DNA from: Chloroflexi bacterium RBG_16_60_22
GTDB taxonomy: Bacteria > Chloroflexota > Dehalococcoidia > Dehalococcoidales > RBG-16-60-22
Direction: 5' to 3'
DNA length: 38,373 nucleotides
Assembly: GCA_001796935.1 (NCBI GenBank)
Contig: MGNX01000103.1
Location: forward strand, 1,420-39,792
The position numbers and the translations under genes were made by a program. The notes beneath the pieces were generated by a model, which worked only from the letters and a program-made list of their open reading frames with translations, was not told the DNA's origin and ran no database searches. Of this stretch, positions 20,826-29,471 are shown in pieces (the stretch's first letter is position 1; each line of letters begins with the position of its first letter).

Positions 20826-22835
20826 ATGAACAGCGACGAGATACGAACGGTGTTTCTGAAATTCTTCGAGGAGAAGGGACATAAAGTCATTCCCAGCTCC
20901 TCCCTGGTGCCCAAAGGCGACCCCACGCTGCTGCTGACCACGGCCGGCATGGTGCAGATAAAGCCCTACTTCCTGGGGGAGCAAAAACCCCCCGGCCGGC
21001 GCCTGGCGTCCTGCCAGAAGTGCTTCCGCACCACCGATATCGAGTCGGTGGGCGATGCCACCCACCTGACCTTCTTCGAGATGCTGGGCAACTTCAGCGT
21101 CGGCGACTACTTCAAGAAGGAGGCCATCGCCTGGGCCTGGGAGTTCTTCCTCGACCGGATGAAGCTGGCGCCGGAAAAGCTCTGGATAACCATCTACCTC
21201 GACGACGACGAGTCGTTCCAATACTGGCGGGATATCGGCGTCCCCGCGGAGAAAATCCTGAGGTTCGGGGAGGAGGACAACTTCTGGGGGCCGGCGGGCA
21301 GCTCCGGTCCCTGCGGGCCGTGCAGCGAAATCCACTTCGACTTCGGGGAGGACCGGGGGTGCGGCCAACCGGGCTGCAAGCCCAACTGCAAGTGCGGTCG
21401 TTTCGCCGAGATATGGAACCTGGTCTTTACCCAGTACAACCAGGACGAAGCGGGCCAGCGCACGCCGCTGCCGCGCCCGAACATCGATACCGGCATGGGG
21501 CTGGAAAGGCTCGCGGCGGTGATGGCGGGCAAGACGTCCGTCTACGAGACGGACCTGTTCCAGCCGCTGCTGGACGTCGTGGCGAAGCTGACGGGCAGGC
21601 AATACGGTTCGGATGCCGACGACGATAACGCCATGAGGGTGGTGGTGGAGCACGGGCGCGGCCTGGCCTTCCTCATCGCCGACGGCGTTATCCCCGGCAA
21701 CGAGGGGCGGGGCTACGTGCTGCGGCGGTTGTTACGCCGGGCGGCGCTTTTCGGCCGGAGGCTGGGGCTGGACAAGCCTTTCCTGGCCGGGATTGCGGAT
21801 ACGGCCGTCCGCCGGATGGGCCACGTCTATCCCGAGCTGAAGCAGCGGCGGAGCTTTATCAAGAAAGTAATCGAGCTGGAGGAGACGCGGTTTGAGGAAA
21901 CGCTGAACACCGGGCTGGAGATTATCGAGGGGGTGATGGCCGTTGAGAGCGCCCGGAAGAAAAAAGAGATATCCGGGGCGGAGGCTTTCCGCCTCTACGA
22001 TACCTACGGCTTCCCCGTGGAGCTGACGAAGGAGATTGTGCAGAAGTCCGGCTTCACGGTGGACATGGACGGCTTCGAGAGGGAGATGGAGAAGCAGCGG
22101 GAGAGGGCCCGGGCCACCCACAAGTTCGACGTTGCCGTCGGCGATACTGCTGGACTCAAGCTTGATGTTGCCCTACTTCCTGGGGGAGCAAAAACCCCCC
22201 GGCCGGCGCCTGGCGTCCTGCCAGAAGTGCTTCCGCACCACCGATATCGAGTCGGTGGGCGATGCCACCCACCTGACCTTCTTCGAGATGCTGGGCAACT
22301 TCAGCGTCGGCGACTACTTCAAGAAGGAGGCCATCGCCTGGGCCTGGGAGTTCTTCCTCGACCGGATGAAGCTGGCGCCGGAAAAGCTCTGGATAACCAT
22401 CTACCTCGACGACGACGAGTCGTTCCAATACTGGCGGGATATCGGCGTCCCCGCGGAGAAAATCCTGAGGTTCGGGGAGGAGGACAACTTCTGGGGGCCG
22501 GCGGGCAGCTCCGGTCCCTGCGGGCCGTGCAGCGAAATCCACTTCGACTTCGGGGAGGACCGGGGGTGCGGCCAACCGGGCTGCAAGCCCAACTGCAAGT
22601 GCGGTCGTTTCGCCGAGATATGGAACCTGGTCTTTACCCAGTACAACCAGGACGAAGCGGGCCAGCGCACGCCGCTGCCGCGCCCGAACATCGATACCGG
22701 CATGGGGCTGGAAAGGCTCGCGGCGGTGATGGCGGGCAAGACGTCCGTCTACGAGACGGACCTGTTCCAGCCGCTGCTGGACGTCGTGGCGAAGCTGACG
22801 GGCAGGCAATACGGTTCGGATGCCGACGACGATAA
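20826..22835 (+). CDS. alaS: alaS ORF 1: AlaRS residues 1-448 fused to a 221-codon out-of-frame tail
   Basis: Native sequence runs through ...GDTAGLKLDV. It then reads copy 2 in the wrong frame (ALLPGGAKTPRPAPG...) to TAA 22833-22835. Confidence 0.7.
   Translation: MNSDEIRTVFLKFFEEKGHKVIPSSSLVPKGDPTLLLTTAGMVQIKPYFLGEQKPPGRRLASCQKCFRTTDIESVGDATHLTFFEMLGNFSVGDYFKKEAIAWAWEFFLDRMKLAPEKLWITIYLDDDESFQYWRDIGVPAEKILRFGEEDNFWGPAGSSGPCGPCSEIHFDFGEDRGCGQPGCKPNCKCGRFAEIWNLVFTQYNQDEAGQRTPLPRPNIDTGMGLERLAAVMAGKTSVYETDLFQPLLDVVAKLTGRQYGSDADDDNAMRVVVEHGRGLAFLIADGVIPGNEGRGYVLRRLLRRAALFGRRLGLDKPFLAGIADTAVRRMGHVYPELKQRRSFIKKVIELEETRFEETLNTGLEIIEGVMAVESARKKKEISGAEAFRLYDTYGFPVELTKEIVQKSGFTVDMDGFEREMEKQRERARATHKFDVAVGDTAGLKLDVALLPGGAKTPRPAPGVLPEVLPHHRYRVGGRCHPPDLLRDAGQLQRRRLLQEGGHRLGLGVLPRPDEAGAGKALDNHLPRRRRVVPILAGYRRPRGENPEVRGGGQLLGAGGQLRSLRAVQRNPLRLRGGPGVRPTGLQAQLQVRSFRRDMEPGLYPVQPGRSGPAHAAAAPEHRYRHGAGKARGGDGGQDVRLRDGPVPAAAGRRGEADGQAIRFGCRRR
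20963..22169 (+). repeat. Tandem duplication copy 1 (1,207 bp)
   Basis: Compared block by block against 22170-23376 with no mismatch seen. Boundary is ambiguous by 1 nt (shared G). Confidence 0.93.
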
Positions 22836-24651
22836 CGCCATGAGGGTGGTGGTGGAGCACGGGCGCGGCCTGGCCTTCCTCATCGCCGACGGCGTTATCC
22901 CCGGCAACGAGGGGCGGGGCTACGTGCTGCGGCGGTTGTTACGCCGGGCGGCGCTTTTCGGCCGGAGGCTGGGGCTGGACAAGCCTTTCCTGGCCGGGAT
23001 TGCGGATACGGCCGTCCGCCGGATGGGCCACGTCTATCCCGAGCTGAAGCAGCGGCGGAGCTTTATCAAGAAAGTAATCGAGCTGGAGGAGACGCGGTTT
23101 GAGGAAACGCTGAACACCGGGCTGGAGATTATCGAGGGGGTGATGGCCGTTGAGAGCGCCCGGAAGAAAAAAGAGATATCCGGGGCGGAGGCTTTCCGCC
23201 TCTACGATACCTACGGCTTCCCCGTGGAGCTGACGAAGGAGATTGTGCAGAAGTCCGGCTTCACGGTGGACATGGACGGCTTCGAGAGGGAGATGGAGAA
23301 GCAGCGGGAGAGGGCCCGGGCCACCCACAAGTTCGACGTTGCCGTCGGCGATACTGCTGGACTCAAGCTTGATGTTGAAGGTACCGATTTCGTTGGGTAT
23401 CACCGTCTGGAGCAGAAAGCCGTAATCGCTAAGCTGTTGATAGCGGGCGAGGAAGCCAGCACCATATCGGAAGGGCAGGCAGCCGGAATCATTCTAAATA
23501 CAACACCCTTCTACGGGGAGATGGGTGGGCAGGTCGGCGATACGGGTGAAATCGTTAGGCAGAACGGTCGCTTTACCGTCACCAATACCGTTCGAGGTCT
23601 CAATGACGTTGATGTTATCATCCATGAGGGGAAGGTCGCCGGAGGGACTTTATCCGTCGGCGATGCGATAAAGGCGGTGGTGGACATGGAGCGGCGGCGG
23701 GACATCGCCCGCAACCACACGGCCACCCACCTTCTCCAGGCCGCTCTCCGGGAGGTGCTGGGGGAGCATATCCAGCAGCGGGGCTCGCTGGTGGCGCCGG
23801 AGCGCCTCCGCTTCGACTTCTCCCACCTGGCGGCCATGACGCCGGAGGAAATAAAGAACGTACAGCGCATCGTCAACGACAAGATACGCCGCAACGTGAA
23901 GGTGTATGATGAAGAACTTCCTTACCAGGCCGCCGTGAAGTCGGGGGCCATCGCTCTCTTCGACGAGAAGTACGGGGACGTCGTCCGGGTGATGCGCATC
24001 GGCGAGCCGGTTATCAGCGCCGAACTCTGCGGCGGCACCCACGTGGCCTTCACCGGAGAAATCGGCTATTTCTATATTCTCGGTGAAAGCAGCATCGGCG
24101 CGGGGCTGCGCCGCATCGAGGCGGTGACCGGCCGGGGGGCCGAATCGCTCATTGAGCGGCGCCTGGCCAGCCTGGATAAAATCGCGCAGTCGCTGGAGGC
24201 CTCGCCGGACGACGTCGGGGAGAAAGTGGCCGGGCTGGCCGCCGAGCTGGACAAAGAACGGAAACAGGTGCGCCGTCTGGAGAGGGAAATCAGCCACCGC
24301 CGCGCCGACGACCTTCTCGCCAGGGAGGAAACGGTCAAGGGGATAAAGGTTATCGCGTCCGCGGTGCCGTCATCGAGCATCGAGGCGCTGCGGGAGATGA
24401 GCGACCGCCTGCGGGACGGGATGAAGAGCGGCATCGTGGTGCTCGGCTCGGTGTATAACGACCGGCCCATCTTCGTGGCTGCGGTTACCCCGGACCTGGT
24501 AGCCAGGGGGTATCACGCCGGCGACATCGTCAAGAAGGTCTCGCAGGTGACCGGGGGCGGTGGCGGCGGCAAGGCCGGCTTCGCCCAGGCGGGCGGACGG
24601 GACAAGGGCAAGCTGGACGAAGCCCTGGGTCTGGTGAAGAGCTTGATATGA
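22165..24651 (+). CDS. alaS: alaS ORF 2: AlaRS residues 47-872 (start uncertain; ATG created at the duplication junction)
   Basis: The frame is open from 22036 but becomes native AlaRS only from 22171 (PYFLGEQKPP...). The nearest in-frame ATG is at 22165-22167. No obvious Shine-Dalgarno sequence precedes it. Confidence 0.45.
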   Translation: MLPYFLGEQKPPGRRLASCQKCFRTTDIESVGDATHLTFFEMLGNFSVGDYFKKEAIAWAWEFFLDRMKLAPEKLWITIYLDDDESFQYWRDIGVPAEKILRFGEEDNFWGPAGSSGPCGPCSEIHFDFGEDRGCGQPGCKPNCKCGRFAEIWNLVFTQYNQDEAGQRTPLPRPNIDTGMGLERLAAVMAGKTSVYETDLFQPLLDVVAKLTGRQYGSDADDDNAMRVVVEHGRGLAFLIADGVIPGNEGRGYVLRRLLRRAALFGRRLGLDKPFLAGIADTAVRRMGHVYPELKQRRSFIKKVIELEETRFEETLNTGLEIIEGVMAVESARKKKEISGAEAFRLYDTYGFPVELTKEIVQKSGFTVDMDGFEREMEKQRERARATHKFDVAVGDTAGLKLDVEGTDFVGYHRLEQKAVIAKLLIAGEEASTISEGQAAGIILNTTPFYGEMGGQVGDTGEIVRQNGRFTVTNTVRGLNDVDVIIHEGKVAGGTLSVGDAIKAVVDMERRRDIARNHTATHLLQAALREVLGEHIQQRGSLVAPERLRFDFSHLAAMTPEEIKNVQRIVNDKIRRNVKVYDEELPYQAAVKSGAIALFDEKYGDVVRVMRIGEPVISAELCGGTHVAFTGEIGYFYILGESSIGAGLRRIEAVTGRGAESLIERRLASLDKIAQSLEASPDDVGEKVAGLAAELDKERKQVRRLEREISHRRADDLLAREETVKGIKVIASAVPSSSIEALREMSDRLRDGMKSGIVVLGSVYNDRPIFVAAVTPDLVARGYHAGDIVKKVSQVTGGGGGGKAGFAQAGGRDKGKLDEALGLVKSLI
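22170..23376 (+). repeat. Tandem duplication copy 2 (1,207 bp)
   Basis: Identical to 20963-22169. Six-frame ORFs recur at a +1207 offset (21194..21532 = 22401..22739; 22036 vs 23243 starts). Confidence 0.93.
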
Positions 24652-24676
24652 CGCGGAGGAAATTATAGCGCGCACC

Positions 24677-25102
24677 ATGGGACTCGATATCGGTGACAGC
24701 CGGATAGGGGTTGCCCTCTGCGACCCTCTCGGGATACTGGCCAGCCCGCTGACTATCATCTCACGCACGGAGGGCGGGGCGGATATCCGGGAAGTCATCG
24801 GAATCGCTCTGAAAAACAAGGTCGAGCGCATCATCGTCGGCCTGCCGCTGTCTATGGACGGCAGCATGGGCAAGCAGGCGGAGAAGGTGAAGGTGTTCGC
24901 CGCGGAGCTGGGCCGCCACACGGATATCCCCGTGGAGTTCAAGGACGAAAGGCTGTCCACGGTGGTGGCCAAGCGCATGATACAGGGCGTCAGGAAGACC
25001 AACCGGGACACGCGCTACGATGCGGCGGCGGCGGCCCTCATCCTGCAGCGCTACCTGGACGATACCGCCATGGAAAAGGGCCTCCACCGGCCCCCGTTGT
25101 GA
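24677..25102 (+). CDS. ruvX: Holliday junction resolvase-like protein RuvX/YqgF
   Basis: 141-aa ORF. MGLDIGDSRIGVALCDPLGILASPL...IIVGLPLSMDGSMGKQAEKV...DERLSTV...DAAAAALILQRYLD. Confidence 0.9.
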   Translation: MGLDIGDSRIGVALCDPLGILASPLTIISRTEGGADIREVIGIALKNKVERIIVGLPLSMDGSMGKQAEKVKVFAAELGRHTDIPVEFKDERLSTVVAKRMIQGVRKTNRDTRYDAAAAALILQRYLDDTAMEKGLHRPPL

Positions 25103-25110
25103 GAGCAGCC

Positions 25111-25137
25111 CGACCGTTCAACCGGTCGTTTCTTTTT
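25111..25137 (+). terminator. Candidate rho-independent terminator after ruvX
   Basis: 6-bp stem CGACCG / CGGTCG with a 6-nt loop, followed by TTTCTTTTT. The stem is short. Confidence 0.4.
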
Positions 25138-25151
25138 CAGGGCTAGCTTTG

Positions 25152-25181
25152 TTGACAAGCAATTAACCCCCCGAGTATTAT
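25152..25181 (+). promoter_or_regulatory. Sigma-70-type promoter candidate for dnaJ (TTGACA-18 nt-TATTAT)
   Basis: TTGACA at 25152-25157 and TATTAT at 25176-25181 in an AT-richer gap. Confidence 0.5.
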
Positions 25182-25234
25182 AAAATTGTAACTATGTCTT
25201 TTTATAGCGGCTTTTTTCAGACACTTGAGATAAA

Positions 25235-26308
25235 ATGGCAGTAAAACGCGACTACTATGAGGTACTCGGGGTGCCCCGGGACGCCTCCAACGAGGATGTC
25301 CGTCGGGCTTTCCGCAAGCTGGCCTTCCAGTACCACCCGGACCGCAACCGGGAGGACGGCGCGGCGGACAAGTTCAAGGAGGTCAACGAGGCTTACGAGG
25401 TCCTCTCCGACGCCGATAAGCGCGCCGCTTACGACCGCTTCGGGCACAGCGCCGGGGACAATATGTTCGGGCGGGGTTTCGAGGGGTTTGACTTCGGCGG
25501 CTTCGGCGATATTTTCGAGGCCTTCTTCGGCGGCACCGGCACGACCGCCCGGCAGACATCGCGTCGCGGCAGCGACCTCCGCTACTCGCTGCACATCTCC
25601 TTTGAAGATGCGGCCCTGGGCTGCGAGAAAGAGATTGACATAACACGCACCGAGGTCTGCGGCACCTGCCACGGCACCCGTTCCCAGCCGGGGAGCCAGG
25701 CCCACCGGTGCACCAGCTGCGACGGCACCGGTCAGATACGCCGCGTACAGCGCAGCATCTTCGGGCAGTTTATCAACACGGCGGTCTGCCCCCAGTGCCA
25801 CGGCGAGGGCAAAATCGTCACCGACCCCTGCCAGGAATGTAAGGGCGCGGGTTACCAGAAGCACAAGCGGCGCATCTCGGTCAAGATTCCCGCCGGAATC
25901 GATAACGGCAACGGTATCCGCCTTACCGGCGAGGGCGAAGCCGGCTACCGCGGCGGCGCGGCGGGCAACCTGTACGTCGTGGTTTCCGTGAGTCGGCACA
26001 AGTTCCTCACCCGCCAGGGTGATGATGTCCTCTACGAGCTGCCGGTCAACTTCGCCCAGGCGGCCCTCGGCGCCGAGGTCGAGGTGCCCACCCTTTACGG
26101 CGATACCAAGCTCAAGATTCCCCCCAGCAGCCAGACCGGCAAGGTCTTCAAGCTGAAAGACAAGGGCATTGCCCACCTGCACGGCAGCGGGCGGGGCGAC
26201 CAGCTGGTGAGGCTGCGCGTGGTGACCCCGGAATCGTTGAACAAGGAGCAGCGCAAGCTGTTCGAGGAACTGGCGAAGAGCCTGGGGCCGATAAAAGGGG
26301 TGGGTTAA
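25235..26308 (+). CDS. dnaJ: Molecular chaperone DnaJ
   Basis: 357-aa ORF. J-domain [13 protein letters not shown]...HPDRN, a G/F region and four CxxCxGxG zinc-finger repeats. Confidence 0.95.
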   Translation: MAVKRDYYEVLGVPRDASNEDVRRAFRKLAFQYHPDRNREDGAADKFKEVNEAYEVLSDADKRAAYDRFGHSAGDNMFGRGFEGFDFGGFGDIFEAFFGGTGTTARQTSRRGSDLRYSLHISFEDAALGCEKEIDITRTEVCGTCHGTRSQPGSQAHRCTSCDGTGQIRRVQRSIFGQFINTAVCPQCHGEGKIVTDPCQECKGAGYQKHKRRISVKIPAGIDNGNGIRLTGEGEAGYRGGAAGNLYVVVSVSRHKFLTRQGDDVLYELPVNFAQAALGAEVEVPTLYGDTKLKIPPSSQTGKVFKLKDKGIAHLHGSGRGDQLVRLRVVTPESLNKEQRKLFEELAKSLGPIKGVG

Positions 26309-27381
26309 GCGTCCTGAGGTCGGGCAGCTGCCGTACGCTTGCGGCGCCGGAACAGGGAAAAGAGCCGCCAGCGGCGTCCCGCCAGCTCGTGCTTGGCATT
26401 ACCGCCCATCAGCTCGACGGCTGCCTGGCGGGGGTCGGCGTCTTCGTAGAGCACCTGGTAAATCTTCTCCGTAATCGGCATTTCCAGTCCGAGCTGCTCG
26501 GCGAGGTGGTGGGCCACCAGGGTGGTGTTGATGCCCTCGGCCACCTCGTCCATTGATTCCAGTATCTCGGCCAGCTTGCGTCCCTTGGCCAGCTCCTCGC
26601 CGACATAGTGGTTGCGACTCAACGGGCTGGCGCAGGTGGCGATGACGTCGCCCAGGCCGGCCAGTCCGGAGAAGGTGAGGGGGTTGGCCCCCAGTGACAT
26701 GCCCAGGGCGGTTATCTCGGTCAGGCCGCGTGTCATGAAGGCCGCCTTGCCGTTATCGCCGTAGCCCAGGCCGTCGGCGATGCCCGCCCCGAGCGCGATG
26801 ATGTTCTTCAAGGAGCCCCCCAGCTCCACCCCGATGATGTCCGAGTTGGTGAAGACGCAGAAGTTGGGGGCGGTCAGTATCTTCTGGGCCTTCTTGGCGG
26901 TGGCGGTGTCCTCGGCGGCGACCACCGCGGCGGCGGGCAGGTGGTGCATAATCTCCCGGGCGAGGTTGGGGCCGGAGAGAACGCAGATGTTCGACCGTAA
27001 CTTTTCGTTTATCTCCTCGGCGATGACCTGCGACATGCGCTTGTTACTGCCCAGCTCGAGGCCCTTGGCGGCGCTCACCACCAGTGTGGACTTGCCGAGG
27101 TAGCTTTCCAGCAGCGAGATGTTCTGGCGCATGGTGGGGGAGGGCACCGCCATGACGGCGGCATCCGCCTCGGCCGCGGCCTCGGCCAGATGGCTGGTAA
27201 TAGCTATCTGCGGCGGCAGGGTGACCTCGGAAAAGCGGGCGGGGTCAAGGCCTTTCTTCCGCAGTTTTTTAGCCTCGCGTTCCGTCCGCGCCCAGAGCCT
27301 GACCTCCGTGCCCTTGGCGGCCAGGAGCAGCCCGATGGTTATTCCCCAGCTGGTGGTGCCGATAATAGCGACTTTATCCAT
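26305..27381 (-). CDS. gpsA: NAD(P)H-dependent glycerol-3-phosphate dehydrogenase
   Basis: 358-aa [22 protein letters not shown] (Rossmann fold), ...[13 protein letters not shown]..., and a basic C-terminal tail. Stop overlaps the dnaJ stop (TTAA). Confidence 0.92.
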   Translation of the reverse strand: MDKVAIIGTTSWGITIGLLLAAKGTEVRLWARTEREAKKLRKKGLDPARFSEVTLPPQIAITSHLAEAAAEADAAVMAVPSPTMRQNISLLESYLGKSTLVVSAAKGLELGSNKRMSQVIAEEINEKLRSNICVLSGPNLAREIMHHLPAAAVVAAEDTATAKKAQKILTAPNFCVFTNSDIIGVELGGSLKNIIALGAGIADGLGYGDNGKAAFMTRGLTEITALGMSLGANPLTFSGLAGLGDVIATCASPLSRNHYVGEELAKGRKLAEILESMDEVAEGINTTLVAHHLAEQLGLEMPITEKIYQVLYEDADPRQAAVELMGGNAKHELAGRRWRLFSLFRRRKRTAAARPQDA

Positions 27382-27417
27382 GGCTTATATTGCTTTCCTC
27401 GAACGGTTGGGCGGCCG

Positions 27418-28110
27418 CTACTTGTGGTCGCCGGCCACGGGATTACCCGATGCGGCCTTCTCACCCAGGCGGCGCTCCGTGCCGGATACCAGACGGATGA
27501 TATTATCCCGGTGCATGAAAAAGATGAATATGGAGCATATCATAGCATAAACGGTATAGGCCAGGTATTCGACCGGGTAGGACTTGGTGACGAAGAGGAC
27601 GATACACATGACCAGGGCGGCGACGGCGCCGGTAATGGAGCCGAGCGACATGTACCGGGAGACGAAGCCAACGATGAGCATGATACCGCCGCCCACGACG
27701 GCCGCCGGCCAGTATAAAGCCATCAGCCCCCCGATGAAGGTGGCCACCCCGCGCCCGCCCCGGAACCTGAGAAAGACCGACCAGCTATGCCCGCCGATGG
27801 CCGCCAGGGCCGCCAGCACCCGGGCTACCTCTGACGTCCAGGGGAGCGCGCCGGAGGCTAACGCAAAATCGGTATTGAAGAGCAACATGGCCACGATTAC
27901 GGACAGCGCCCCCTTGGTCATATCGAGGAGGAGGGAAAGGGCGGCGGCCTTTTTCCCGGCCGCCCGCATCACGTTGGTCATGCCGGTTTTGCCGCTGCCC
28001 ACCAGCCTGATATCCGTCTTGGCGAACGTCCGGGCGATCAACAGGCCGAAGGGTATGGAGCCCAACAGGTAGCCAACCAGGACCACGGCCACGTAGAGGA
28101 GGGCTATCAT
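27418..28110 (-). CDS. plsY: Glycerol-3-phosphate acyltransferase PlsY
   Basis: 230-aa polytopic membrane ORF. GYLLGSIPFGLLIAR...GSGKTGMTNVMR...GGRGVAT. Confidence 0.92.
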   Translation of the reverse strand: MIALLYVAVVLVGYLLGSIPFGLLIARTFAKTDIRLVGSGKTGMTNVMRAAGKKAAALSLLLDMTKGALSVIVAMLLFNTDFALASGALPWTSEVARVLAALAAIGGHSWSVFLRFRGGRGVATFIGGLMALYWPAAVVGGGIMLIVGFVSRYMSLGSITGAVAALVMCIVLFVTKSYPVEYLAYTVYAMICSIFIFFMHRDNIIRLVSGTERRLGEKAASGNPVAGDHK

Positions 28111-29432
28111 TCTTCACCCCTCGTCTTAAAGACCATACGGAGCGGCGTGCCGTCAAAGCCGAAGGACTTGCGGAGCGTGTTCTCCAGGTAGCGACGGTAA
28201 GAGAAATGGACCAGCTTGGCATCGTTGGTGAAAAAGACGAAGGTGGGCGGGTTGACCTCCGCCTGGGTGGCGTAATAGACCTTGAGCTGCTTGTTGCGGC
28301 TGCGGGGCCGGGGATGAGACGCCACCGCCTGCTGGACGACGCTGTTGACCGTGGCGGTGGTCAACCTCTTGAGCCTCTCCCGGTAAACCTGGCTGACCTG
28401 AGGCATGATTTTATCCACTCCCTGTCCTGTTTTCGCCGAGGTGTACAGTACCGGTGCGTATGAAATGAACCTGAACTCGTTCCTGATGGCTTTGGTCCAC
28501 CCGGCCGCATCCTTGTCTTCAATCAGGTCCCACTTGTTCACGATAATCAGGATGCCCCGGGCGGCCTGCTGGATGTATCCGGCGACGTGAGCATCCTGGG
28601 AGGTCGCCATCTCGGTAGCATCGAGGACAAGCAGAGCGATATCGGCACGGTCAATCGCCCGCAGGGTCCGGATAACGCTGAAGCGTTCCACCCCGGCTTT
28701 GACCCGCCCCTTCCGCCGGATACCGGCCGTATCAATAAGTAGCACACTTTGCCCACCAAAGTCAAACAGGGTATCCACGGCGTCGCGGGTGGTGCCGGGG
28801 GTATCATCGACGATGGCCCGCCGGTCTCCCACCAGGGCGTTGAGCAGCATCGACTTGCCCACGTTGGGCCGGCCGATGATGGCCACTTTGATGGCATCAG
28901 GCTCGGGGGCGGCGGGCGGCCGGGGCGGCAGCAGGGCCACCACCCGGTCGAGCAGGTCGGCGACGCCGCGGCCGTGGTGGGCGCTGACGGCCATCGGCTC
29001 GCCCAGTCCCAGCTCGTAGAACTCCACCGCGGCGATTTCCAGCCTGGTGTTGTCCGCCTTGTTCGCCGCTAGCACCACCGGCTTGCCGGCGCGGCGGAGC
29101 ATATCGGCGATATCGAGGTCGGCCGGGGTCACCCCGTCGGTGACGTCCACCACGTCGATGATGACGTCCGCTTCGCGGATGGCCGTCTCAATCTGCGCCC
29201 TGACCTCCCGGTCGATGGCGGAGCGCGGCTTCATCTCCAGGCCGCCGGTGTCCACCAGGGTGAACTCCACTCCCTGCCAGGCGACGGTGGCCAGATTGCG
29301 GTCGCGGGTGGTCCCCGGCCGGTCCTCCACGATGGCCTTGGGCTGGCCTACCACGCGGTTGAGGAGCGTGGACTTACCGGCGTTCTGCCGGCCGACAATA
29401 GCAACAACAGGTCTGGTCATGGCTGCCTTCAA
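28107..29432 (-). CDS. der: Ribosome biogenesis GTPase Der (EngA)
   Basis: 441-aa ORF with two G-domains (GRQNAGKSTLLN...DTGG; GRPNVGKSMLLN...DTAG) and a KH-like C-terminus. 4-nt overlap with plsY. Confidence 0.95.
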   Translation of the reverse strand: MKAAMTRPVVAIVGRQNAGKSTLLNRVVGQPKAIVEDRPGTTRDRNLATVAWQGVEFTLVDTGGLEMKPRSAIDREVRAQIETAIREADVIIDVVDVTDGVTPADLDIADMLRRAGKPVVLAANKADNTRLEIAAVEFYELGLGEPMAVSAHHGRGVADLLDRVVALLPPRPPAAPEPDAIKVAIIGRPNVGKSMLLNALVGDRRAIVDDTPGTTRDAVDTLFDFGGQSVLLIDTAGIRRKGRVKAGVERFSVIRTLRAIDRADIALLVLDATEMATSQDAHVAGYIQQAARGILIIVNKWDLIEDKDAAGWTKAIRNEFRFISYAPVLYTSAKTGQGVDKIMPQVSQVYRERLKRLTTATVNSVVQQAVASHPRPRSRNKQLKVYYATQAEVNPPTFVFFTNDAKLVHFSYRRYLENTLRKSFGFDGTPLRMVFKTRGEE

Positions 29433-29471
29433 AGCTTTCTAACTTCAGTCGATGTGGCGGCAGCGTCCTGC

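Larger units (their letters stand above)
20826..24651 (+). pseudogene. alaS: Alanine--tRNA ligase locus, reading frame interrupted by an internal 1,207-bp tandem duplication
   Basis: ATG at 20826 (MNSDEIRTVFLKFFEEKGHKVIPSSSLVP...). AlaRS catalytic, tRNA-recognition, editing (HTATHLL, CGGTHV) and C-Ala (GGGGGGK) regions are all present. The frame shifts by +1 at 22170. 3826 nt minus 1207 nt = 2619 nt = 873 codons. Confidence 0.9.

Noticed and set aside
22036-22164. N-terminal 43 residues of the 871-aa ORF (MCRSPASRWTWTASRGRW...), which might be read as a novel N-terminus on AlaRS.
   Set aside because: This segment is the +1 frame of alaS copy 1. The identical peptide recurs at 23243 as a dead-end 60-aa ORF. 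It is a by-product of the frame shift, not a real domain.
25103-25234. CIRCE/HrcA operator upstream of dnaJ.
   Set aside because: No TTAGCACTC-N9-GAGTGCTAA-like inverted repeat is present. Only a housekeeping-type promoter candidate is seen.
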